A stretch of 29,516 nucleotides of DNA, from positions 1-29,516 of IMG/VR virus record IMGVR_UViG_3300011335_000240; one strand, written 5' to 3'. Below are positions 1-7,870 of the stretch, in pieces. A program made the position numbers and the translations under genes. The notes under the pieces were generated by a model. The model saw only the letters and a list, made by a program, of their open reading frames with translations. It ran no database searches and was not told where the DNA came from. Source of the DNA: a virus (lineage: Duplodnaviria; Caudoviricetes). The stretch's first letter is position 1. Every line of letters starts with the position of its first letter.

Positions 1-174
1 ATTGCTCGTAAAATGGACCAAGACTTAACAGCAAAGTTCAGCCAATTCAACGCTGGCTTTGGTGACTTCAGTGGTCAAATCACAGCCGCTTCAATCTTCC
101 AAGCAGTTGCTAAATTGAAAGCTGCCGCTGTTCCAACAGAAGGTATGGTCTGCGTATTGCATCCAGAAATCGCT
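1..174. repeat. Terminal overlap, copy 1 (circularity / assembly overlap)
   Basis: 1-174 matches 29343-29516 except for 5 substitutions; it lies inside the capsid gene and is in frame across the join. Confidence 0.95.
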
Positions 175-525
175 TATGACTTGAAGGCTGCTTTGACAAC
201 TCAAGGTAACACTCCATTCACAGCCGGTGCGTACAGTGAAGTAACTAACGAAGCAATGCGTATGGGCTATGTTGGTCAAATCGCTGGTATCCCAGTTTAT
301 GAGACTTCTAACATTGCTAACAACGGCACAGCTGGTGACATTCCTGGTGCTGTATTCCAGCGTGATGCTATCGGTCTTGGTATGATTGGTGATATCTCTA
401 TTGAGACACAACGCCGTGCGGCTTTCTTGGGTGATGACATTGTATGTTCAGCATACTATGGCACAGGTATCCTACAAAACAACTACGGTCGCTTCTTGGC
501 ATTTGACTCAAGCATCAACCCTTAA
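1..525 (+). CDS. Major capsid protein, C-terminal part (HK97 fold); joins 29007-29342 to give about 286 aa
   Basis: Frame is continuous across the circular junction (…GEAIARKMDQDL…). Motifs VCVLHP, GQIAGIPVYETSNI and ISIETQR are typical of HK97-fold capsids; follows the scaffold gene. Confidence 0.9.
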   Translation: MARKMDQDLTAKFSQFNAGFGDFSGQITAASIFQAVAKLKAAAVPTEGMVCVLHPEIAYDLKAALTTQGNTPFTAGAYSEVTNEAMRMGYVGQIAGIPVYETSNIANNGTAGDIPGAVFQRDAIGLGMIGDISIETQRRAAFLGDDIVCSAYYGTGILQNNYGRFLAFDSSINP

Positions 526-554
526 TTGCTAAATTAATCTAAAGGACTATCACA

Positions 555-1061
555 ATGAATAGAGCATTTATATACAGTTATAAAACATTTGTAAGTTTTG
601 CGACTTATGAGGATGTCACTAATCGTGATAGTCGTGTTTTTGAAGCAAATGAAGATTTAACAGAATCCGAAATCAATAATTACTTAGAACAAGCCAGTCA
701 GCGTATTCTTACACAAATAAGAAACACAGAATGGTGGAGAGAATATCAGCGTAGAATGGCACAGATCATAAATCCAAACCTACTACCCGCTGTTAATCCA
801 GATTATATATTAGCCAGAACGCAGGAGTTCAAAGACCTTAATGTGTATTTCGCATTAATGGAATATGTTTATCCTACAGTTGCTGACTTTGGCAATCCTG
901 ATAGTGCTGAATTTGCAAAAATTAAGTTCTACAAGGACAGCTACAATGTATTATTTGACGAAGTAATTGAAGCCGGAGACTGGTATGATTTTTCAGAGAA
1001 TGGCACCATTGATACCAGCGACAAGATGGCCGCTTTTGTAAATAGAGTTCGTACAAGATGA
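555..1061 (+). CDS. Putative head-tail adaptor / neck protein
   Basis: 168 aa directly after the capsid gene; N-terminal SFATYEDV resembles adaptor proteins; call mainly by synteny. Confidence 0.6.
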   Translation: MNRAFIYSYKTFVSFATYEDVTNRDSRVFEANEDLTESEINNYLEQASQRILTQIRNTEWWREYQRRMAQIINPNLLPAVNPDYILARTQEFKDLNVYFALMEYVYPTVADFGNPDSAEFAKIKFYKDSYNVLFDEVIEAGDWYDFSENGTIDTSDKMAAFVNRVRTR

Positions 1062-1450
1062 GAACAGAATTATTAACTTATTTGACAGCACAACTAACTG
1101 AATCTATCAAGACCAGTCAGGAACTGCCTTTTCAAGAAGGAACTAATCCACTGTATATGAAGAATGCCCGCAAGGTATATCTTGATGAACCTTATACTGA
1201 GCAAGACACGCTGTTGCCTACACTAGGCAGTTTGCAGATCAATCAACGAGTAACTATCGTAAGATGGTTCTTAACAGTTGATGCCAAAAACAGAAACACT
1301 GATTTAGATTCAGCATTGACAATCTTAGGTAGTGCTAAAGATATCACTACCATCACAGGCGTTTATACACGCTTGTTTGACTATACAGTCAGCATAGACA
1401 ACGATAGAGTTGTTTATGAAGGCGAATATAGATTCGCAAATTTAGCATAA
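1058..1450 (+). CDS. Putative tail completion / terminator protein
   Basis: 130 aa between the adaptor and tail tube genes; ATGA overlap with the upstream gene; synteny. Confidence 0.5.
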   Translation: MRTELLTYLTAQLTESIKTSQELPFQEGTNPLYMKNARKVYLDEPYTEQDTLLPTLGSLQINQRVTIVRWFLTVDAKNRNTDLDSALTILGSAKDITTITGVYTRLFDYTVSIDNDRVVYEGEYRFANLA

Positions 1451-1462
1451 GGAAAAAATAAT

Positions 1463-1930
1463 ATGGCATTCATATTTCCAGCACCAGGCGTAGAGAATGT
1501 AGAAACTACTCTAGCCATTCGTGTTAGTGGAGATACTTCAGGCCTATTGATCCCAGCGATGCAAAACATTACCATTAACAATAGTAATGATGTATTCACT
1601 TGGACACAATTGGATGAAGGTTCGAAACTACAAATCCCAACAACAGCCACAAACAGTCTAGACTTAAACATTGTTCTAGATCAAGTATCATTCTTCGGAA
1701 CTGGTAGTGGCAGTGATGTTGCTATTAACAAAGGTATTTTTGGTCTAAGCAAAGACAAATTGTTGGTTGCTTTTACATTATACCTAGGTGATACAAGTTC
1801 AGGCGGAGCAGGCAAAACTATGACAGGTAATGCTTACATCACTGGCTTGGCACCAACAGTTAGTGCCGACGCCCCTGTATGGGTTACACCAGTTACTTTA
1901 ACAGTAACAGGCGACTATACAGTAGCTTAA
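1463..1930 (+). CDS. Major tail tube protein
   Basis: 155 aa, AAGGA RBS, C-terminal GNAYITGLAPTVSADAPVWVTPVTLTVTG typical of siphovirus tube proteins; upstream of the chaperone and tape measure genes. Confidence 0.8.
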   Translation: MAFIFPAPGVENVETTLAIRVSGDTSGLLIPAMQNITINNSNDVFTWTQLDEGSKLQIPTTATNSLDLNIVLDQVSFFGTGSGSDVAINKGIFGLSKDKLLVAFTLYLGDTSSGGAGKTMTGNAYITGLAPTVSADAPVWVTPVTLTVTGDYTVA

Positions 1931-1952
1931 TTCTCAGGGATGGGAAGAGATC

Positions 1953-1977
1953 AAGCACCTTCGGGTGCTTTTTCTTT
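1953..1977 (+). terminator. Rho-independent terminator with cUUCGg tetraloop
   Basis: AAGCACC-TTCG-GGTGCTT followed by TTTCTTT. Confidence 0.9.
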
Positions 1978-1990
1978 AGGTGAAATAATG

Positions 1991-1998
1991 TATAAATA
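1991..1998 (+). promoter_or_regulatory. T4-type late promoter TATAAATA
   Basis: Exact gp55 consensus between a terminator and the AGGAG RBS of the 2017 ORF; no clear -35 element. Confidence 0.7.
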
Positions 1999-2016
1999 AC
2001 ATAGTTAGGAGATGTT

Positions 2017-2193
2017 ATGATATTCGATGATAAAACAGATGATGAGATATTTCGCAGTATAGAAGCAGAAGTTGCTAAAGCACTCAGCGAATTAAGATGT
2101 GCTAAGAAAGATTTAGAGCAAGCAGAAGTAAGAATGAGGTTCGCACTAGCAACTATTCATTACTTAAAACAACGATATGAGGATATGAAATAA
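2017..2193 (+). CDS. Small helical/coiled-coil hypothetical protein, 58 aa (not in the ORF track)
   Basis: AGGAG RBS; translates to MIFDDKTDDEIFRSIEAEVAKALSELRCAKKDLEQAEVRMRFALATIHYLKQRYEDMK; fills the gap up to the next start at 2195. Confidence 0.8.
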   Translation: MIFDDKTDDEIFRSIEAEVAKALSELRCAKKDLEQAEVRMRFALATIHYLKQRYEDMK

Positions 2194-2194
2194 A

Positions 2195-2539
2195 ATGGAT
2201 ATTAGTAAATTCGCAAAGAAGCCCACACTAACTAAAATAGTGATGGATGATCAAGAAGTTATAGACACATATGGTGAAACAATTGAGTTTCATATGTTAG
2301 ATCAAATGAGTATATCAACATACTTTGAATTCTATAGACTACAACAAGAACAAGACAGCGACAAATTAAATGATCTTCTTAGAAAGATTGTGCTCAAAGA
2401 AGATGGCACACCAGCATTAACGGAAGAAGAAATCTTTCCAGTAGATTTAACATTGGGATTACTTGTAAAGATTAATGAATTCTTGGGAAAGTCAAAAACC
2501 AAGGCATCAACACCAGCGACTGGTCCAGCATTGAAATGA
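2195..2539 (+). CDS. Tail assembly chaperone (lambda gpG-like)
   Basis: 114 aa between tube and tape measure genes; slippery heptamer G GGA AAG at 2485-2491. Confidence 0.8.
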   Translation: MDISKFAKKPTLTKIVMDDQEVIDTYGETIEFHMLDQMSISTYFEFYRLQQEQDSDKLNDLLRKIVLKEDGTPALTEEEIFPVDLTLGLLVKINEFLGKSKTKASTPATGPALK

Positions 2540-2757
2540 TTAACATAGGTATGATTGCCAAACAATATGGACAACTACCCAGTCAAGTCCGTGAGTCGGG
2601 CACTATCTATGATTTAATGATCTATGATGTTATGATGTCTTGGGAACAGTATCAACAAGAAAAGGCTGAAGGTAAAAATCACGCACCACAATTGAGTCAA
2701 GAACAAATGACTGCAATGATGGAAAAGGTAAAACAAAAAGACAAGGAAAAGTTATAA
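2485..2757 (+). CDS. Tail assembly chaperone frameshift extension (gpT-like part of a G-T fusion, about 187 aa in total)
   Basis: The -1 frame is open from the GGGAAAG site into ORF 2536-2757 with no stop codon. Confidence 0.75.
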   Translation, partial: GKVKNQGINTSDWSSIEMINIGMIAKQYGQLPSQVRESGTIYDLMIYDVMMSWEQYQQEKAEGKNHAPQLSQEQMTAMMEKVKQKDKEKL

Positions 2758-3032
2758 TGGCCGGAGCAATAGTTAAACGCATCAATCAATTAGAACGGGC
2801 TTTAGATCCTAAAAATCTAGCCAAAGAAGCGTATGACTATTTCAAACGAGAAACTCCCATTCGCAGTGGTAATGCTCGTAGCAATACAAGATTACAAGGT
2901 GATGAAATATGGGCTGATTATGCTTACGCACAAAGATTAGACGCAGGTTATAGTAGTCAAAGTCCTCGAGGTATGACTAAACCCACAGAAAAGTTTATAC
3001 AAGAGTATATCAAAAAACAAGCGAAAGGTTAA
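2757..3032 (+). CDS. HK97 gp10-like neck/tail-completion protein
   Basis: TPIRSGNARS, YAQRLDAGYSSQSPRGM motifs typical of the HK97 gp10 family. Confidence 0.65.
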   Translation: MAGAIVKRINQLERALDPKNLAKEAYDYFKRETPIRSGNARSNTRLQGDEIWADYAYAQRLDAGYSSQSPRGMTKPTEKFIQEYIKKQAKG

Positions 3033-3035
3033 ACT

Positions 3036-5342
3036 ATGGCAGCAATAGAAAACTTCGTATTAAAGATTAAAGTAGAAGGTCAAAAAGCCGTAGATGACTT
3101 ATCGAAATCAATTACCGGTTTAGGTACAACTATAGGTGGATTTGGTGCTAACGCCGGCAAGATGACTTCGGCAATCAGCGGTATCGTAGGCGGCCTAGGT
3201 GGTATGGCTACAATAGCAGGCACAGCCGCAACAGCATTCGTTGGACTGGGATTAAAGGCAATAGCACTAGCAGATGAATTAAGTGATGTCAGTGATGCAA
3301 CAGGTATTACTGCCGGAGCATTAAACAATTTTAAGAACAGTTTAGTAGATGCTGGTGGTAAGACAGAAGACTTCTCTACATTAGCATTAAAATTAAATCA
3401 AAACCTAGGCGATGCTGCCGTAGGCAATGAAAAAGCACAACAAGCATTTCAAAAGTTAGGTGTATATGTTCGAGATGCCGGCGGAAATATTCGTAATACC
3501 GGTGATGTATTACGAGATGCTGTTGGTAAATTAGCCGCAATTGAAGATCCGGCAAAAAGAGCAAGTTTAGCAGTTGATATATTCGGTAAGACAGCAGCGA
3601 AATTAGACTTTACTAAACTTAACGCTGGCAATGATTTTGCTAAAGATGCACAAATCGCTCAGTTAGCAAAATATCAAACAGCTATTGATGCTATTTCTAA
3701 ATCAGTTAATGACAGCTTAATTACATCCTTTGGTAAATTAGCAATCGCTATTGATAATGCTCAAAAGAAAGCACAAAAGGCAGAAGATGAAGCAAATGCC
3801 CGCGGAAATACTAGAATGCCTAGTCCGGGTGCTGTTGGTCAAGGTGCGGCCGTAGTTAATCCTTTTGGTCTCGGTGGTGCTCCTGCCGGCGAGCGTCAAA
3901 TGACCGATAGAGAAAAAGCAAAGTTCGAACTAGCAAAGAAATTAACAGAAGCATATAAAGATCAAGGTCGTGAAATGAAACGACTTGAAAATATAGGCAA
4001 AGAAGCAACAGCAGGTGATTTTGGTGGAGACAGCGAAGCAAAAATAAAAGCAGCCGCCGAAAGTCAAAAGCGAATAACTCAAAGTATTATTGACAGTCAA
4101 AGATTTGCCGCATTAGCTGGACAAGATGCTATAACAGCAGAAGAACTTAGAGGTGCTAATGAAAGAATAGCCATTGATGCTAAAGCAGCCGGCGATATTA
4201 AAAATATACAAATTAATCTAGCACAAGATATTAAAAAGATAGCTGAAGATGTTCGTGCTAATGATAAGATTAGTTCAGCACAACAAAACGCTGAGATTGC
4301 GGCAAAAGCAAAAGAACTTCAAAGTAAATCGGCATTAGAAATTCAAAAGATCAAAGAAAAATCTGTTAAGGATGCCGCAGATTATACTATGAAAATGAAT
4401 GCTAAAATATTCAGCGAAGAAGAAGCACAGCGTCAAAAAACTCGAGATGAAACAGCCGCGGAAGAAGAACGCCTAAATAAATTATTCGAAACAGGCAGAA
4501 AAATAACAGAAAACGCAGCAGAACAAAATAAAGAATTATCTGCTCGAGCAAAACTAACATTAGATAGTGTTACAATGACGGATCGTGAGCGAGATAACGC
4601 AGAAGAATTATTTAAGATTGAGCAAGATAGATTGGCATTGTTAAAACAAATAGCCGATACTTATGGCAATGAAGAATTCGCAAAACGCACAGCCGAAGAA
4701 AAGAAGATCAATGACTTATTAAATCAGCGTAAAGCAACGGCTGTAGCAAATCAAGAAGCAACCGCCAAACAACAAGAAGATTTTAGTGCAGGATGGGAAA
4801 AGTCATATCGTCAATATGTAGAAAATGGCAAAAATAGTTTTAGTCAAGCAGGTAGTGCATTCTCAACATTGAGTCGTGGATTTGAAGATAGTATGGTTAA
4901 GTTCGTACAAACAGGCAAACTAAGTTTCAAAGACTTATTCAATGATCTAATCGCACAAGCAGTTAGAGCACAGAGTAATAAACTATTATCAAGTCTATTG
5001 AATAGTGCTGGTGGATTCTTGAGTAGTTTCTTTGGAGGTTCAGGACAGGCCGGAGCCGCAGTAATGGGCTTGCCAGGATATGCCGCTGGTGGTAATATTC
5101 CAGCAGGACAGTTAAGTGTAGTTGGCGAGCGTGGTCCAGAACTATTTCTACCTAAACAAGCAGGAACTATCGTTCCTAACAACGCATTAGGTGGCAGTCA
5201 AACTGTTAATACAGCAGTAACATATAACATACAGGCTGTAGATGCTAGTAGCTTTAGAAGTTTAATTGCTAGAGATCCAGAGTTTATACACAATGTATCA
5301 GAACAAGGGCGTCGTAGTATGCCAATAAGGAGCAGAAGATAA
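3036..5342 (+). CDS. Tape measure protein
   Basis: 768 aa, Ala/Lys/Glu-rich and helical; lambda-type C-terminus (FVQTGKLSFKDL…YAAGG…VVGERGPELFLP). Confidence 0.93.
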   Translation: MAAIENFVLKIKVEGQKAVDDLSKSITGLGTTIGGFGANAGKMTSAISGIVGGLGGMATIAGTAATAFVGLGLKAIALADELSDVSDATGITAGALNNFKNSLVDAGGKTEDFSTLALKLNQNLGDAAVGNEKAQQAFQKLGVYVRDAGGNIRNTGDVLRDAVGKLAAIEDPAKRASLAVDIFGKTAAKLDFTKLNAGNDFAKDAQIAQLAKYQTAIDAISKSVNDSLITSFGKLAIAIDNAQKKAQKAEDEANARGNTRMPSPGAVGQGAAVVNPFGLGGAPAGERQMTDREKAKFELAKKLTEAYKDQGREMKRLENIGKEATAGDFGGDSEAKIKAAAESQKRITQSIIDSQRFAALAGQDAITAEELRGANERIAIDAKAAGDIKNIQINLAQDIKKIAEDVRANDKISSAQQNAEIAAKAKELQSKSALEIQKIKEKSVKDAADYTMKMNAKIFSEEEAQRQKTRDETAAEEERLNKLFETGRKITENAAEQNKELSARAKLTLDSVTMTDRERDNAEELFKIEQDRLALLKQIADTYGNEEFAKRTAEEKKINDLLNQRKATAVANQEATAKQQEDFSAGWEKSYRQYVENGKNSFSQAGSAFSTLSRGFEDSMVKFVQTGKLSFKDLFNDLIAQAVRAQSNKLLSSLLNSAGGFLSSFFGGSGQAGAAVMGLPGYAAGGNIPAGQLSVVGERGPELFLPKQAGTIVPNNALGGSQTVNTAVTYNIQAVDASSFRSLIARDPEFIHNVSEQGRRSMPIRSRR

Positions 5343-6532
5343 TGGCACAATATGTACAAGGATTACAAGATGTTATTGACACAGCGGTCAATATTGAATT
5401 TAATCGCAGTAAATTAGTAGCACAGACTATTAGTCGCAGTGGTAGGATCAGCACAGCCAGTCGCAACTGGGCCAATCCATATAGATTTACAGTAACACCT
5501 AAACCTGTATGGCTGTATGCTGATGCTAGGGCAATGATTGAAACAATATATCGCAATGATAGATATAACACAGTAGCAATATATTTTGGTGACTATTCTA
5601 AAGGTCAAGGTACAGCAACGAATCCAGTGTTCGCAGGATATATCCTTGGACAAATTCTAACAGTAACAAGTCTTACCACAGGAACTATGCGATCTGGTGA
5701 TATTATATCAGGCACAGGTGTTGCTGCCGGCACACAACTTGAAGCAAGAATATCCGGATGGGGTGCTAATAGTATATGGTTAGTGTCAATCGATCAAACT
5801 GTGGGCAGCAGTGGCAGTCCAGTGTCAATGACTGGAAATACAACAAGTCAAGGTAATCCTGGACAAGATTGGATGAGTTATTATCGCGGCACACAGGATT
5901 CAGATATACCTACCAACTATGTTATAGATAACTATAGTAGTTTTAGTGCCAGTGGAACAAGATTGATTATCCAAGAGCAAACTGGTGAAACAGCACCTGC
6001 TAATGATTTTATTATTCGCATCAATGACTTTATTAGAATATCCAACGATAGATATTGTTATCAAGCAAATTATAGCGTTCCAGTGCCCGTAAGAGTAACT
6101 GGAGTTACAGGAACAATAGTAGTAGGAACTGATTCAACAACTATTACAGGACTAAGCACAGTAACTAATCTAAGCACAGGACAAGTTCTAACAGAAACAG
6201 GAACCAATGTAGGTAGTTTTGGTGGCACAACATATATTCAAAGTATCGATAGTGCCAGTTCAGTTACTATTGTCAGTGATTCAGCCTGTACAGCAGGAGC
6301 AATAACTTTTACTGCTGACGGATATGCGGTGGGTAATCCTAACTATAAAGTAGCAATACCAATCAACCGAGGTTATTTAGGTTCAGGACAACCCGCTAAT
6401 ACAGGAATATTCGTAGGTGGTGCTGCCGCCAGATTCTTCGTTAAAGTAACTAAACTACCGACATATAGATTTATTAACAAGGATTTAATTGAATTCACTG
6501 GTGACTTTGAAATGGTTGAGGAAATACTATGA
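5342..6532 (+). CDS. Distal tail (Dit-like) protein with inserted beta-rich domains
   Basis: First gene after the tape measure gene; Thr/Gly-rich internal insertions. Confidence 0.6.
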   Translation: MAQYVQGLQDVIDTAVNIEFNRSKLVAQTISRSGRISTASRNWANPYRFTVTPKPVWLYADARAMIETIYRNDRYNTVAIYFGDYSKGQGTATNPVFAGYILGQILTVTSLTTGTMRSGDIISGTGVAAGTQLEARISGWGANSIWLVSIDQTVGSSGSPVSMTGNTTSQGNPGQDWMSYYRGTQDSDIPTNYVIDNYSSFSASGTRLIIQEQTGETAPANDFIIRINDFIRISNDRYCYQANYSVPVPVRVTGVTGTIVVGTDSTTITGLSTVTNLSTGQVLTETGTNVGSFGGTTYIQSIDSASSVTIVSDSACTAGAITFTADGYAVGNPNYKVAIPINRGYLGSGQPANTGIFVGGAAARFFVKVTKLPTYRFINKDLIEFTGDFEMVEEIL

Positions 6533-7443
6533 CAACAACAATACCACAAGTAGATGAAACAAGCATTGAATATGGTGTTCTCATTGATTTAACACTGATA
6601 GCAATCAATCCTACGACAGGTGCTAGTGGAACAGGATCAACGGCTACAATAACTTTTGCCACACAGCCTAGTAGTCCGTTTGCTGTAGGAGATACCATTA
6701 CAGTTAGCAATATGGTTCCCGCGGCATATAATGGAACATTTGTAGTAACAGGTGCAACAGCAAGTAGCGTAAGTTATGCCAGCACAGCCACAGGTAGTCA
6801 AACACAGGCAGGTATGATCAGCGTAACTTATTATATTAGCAACTGTTATCGAGAAGTAACTCATAATAGCAAAACATATCAAGCACTGGCAGGATTCTTA
6901 ACAGTTAGCGAAATACAAAATAATATTAGTAATGCCAATGATGAGATACAGGTTAGTTTAAGTGCTATTCCTCCTAATTATATTGCCGCAGTATTAGGCA
7001 CACAGATCAAAGGTGGAGAAATAAACATCTATCGTGCTTTCTTTGATTATAGAACACAACAAGTAATTGCAAACGCAGTATATAAAAGATTCACAGGTGT
7101 TATTAGTAATTATAGTGTTCAAGAAGACTTAGATGCCGCAGGTGCAAGCCCAGATGTAAATCACACGATTACAATCATCGCGTCAAGTATTATGGGTGTA
7201 TTGGAAAATAAAATCAGCGGTCGTAGAACTAATCAAGAAGACTATCAGATATTTTGGCCCGAACTTAATAATGTAAATTATGCCGTAGATCCCAGTATGA
7301 ACCGAGTTGAAGTATTATTCAACAGTAGCTTCGACTTTGGTAAGCCATACAAAGGTCAGGCAGCCAGTAGCGTAGGTGGTGGTGGAGGTGGTGGAACATA
7401 TTCACGCACTGATGAGCCGGGCAACCCAGTTTTTGATATGTAA
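6529..7443 (+). CDS. Tail tip / hub protein (gpL- or DUF2163-like) with an inserted beta domain
   Basis: Position; KTYQALAGFLTVSEI, IYRAFFD and RFTGVI motifs; C-terminal FDFGK. Confidence 0.6.
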   Translation: MTTTIPQVDETSIEYGVLIDLTLIAINPTTGASGTGSTATITFATQPSSPFAVGDTITVSNMVPAAYNGTFVVTGATASSVSYASTATGSQTQAGMISVTYYISNCYREVTHNSKTYQALAGFLTVSEIQNNISNANDEIQVSLSAIPPNYIAAVLGTQIKGGEINIYRAFFDYRTQQVIANAVYKRFTGVISNYSVQEDLDAAGASPDVNHTITIIASSIMGVLENKISGRRTNQEDYQIFWPELNNVNYAVDPSMNRVEVLFNSSFDFGKPYKGQAASSVGGGGGGGTYSRTDEPGNPVFDM

Positions 7444-7451
7444 GGAATGAT

Positions 7452-7868
7452 ATGAGATTTGATGATTTAGCAGATAAAGAGATAAACGAGATAGTATTTC
7501 AATACTATCTAAAAGAATACAAAATTAGCCGAATAGCCGTCAAGGAATATTCAAAGTTAAATATGTTAATAAAGAATGATAATTCAACAAAAATTATTCG
7601 CATAGGTAATATAGTATTTCTACTAAAGTTCAAAGGTGATGAAGTAGAGTTTCACAGTATGGGAGAAGAGTCTAGCCCATTCGCATTTATAAGATGTATA
7701 TATAAATTGATTGATTATGTACAGGGATTAAAAGTTCGTGCGATCAGCACATATGGTAACGATCCTGTGTTTGAAAAGTTATACGAGCGTGTATTAGTCA
7801 AAGCGAAAAAAGACAAAAAAGTGGGACCGGATGGCATCACTTACAACCATTATAGATTGGAGTTTTAA
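7452..7868 (+). CDS. Hypothetical protein in the tail-tip module (possibly GNAT-like fold)
   Basis: 138 aa with AAGGA RBS; Lys/Ile-rich, unlike the flanking genes; the function is a guess from position. Confidence 0.45.
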   Translation: MRFDDLADKEINEIVFQYYLKEYKISRIAVKEYSKLNMLIKNDNSTKIIRIGNIVFLLKFKGDEVEFHSMGEESSPFAFIRCIYKLIDYVQGLKVRAISTYGNDPVFEKLYERVLVKAKKDKKVGPDGITYNHYRLEF

Positions 7869-7870
7869 TT

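Noticed and set aside
1-174. Biological direct terminal repeat
   Set aside because: It splits the capsid gene at an arbitrary point, so it reflects circular assembly or permutation rather than a defined physical end.
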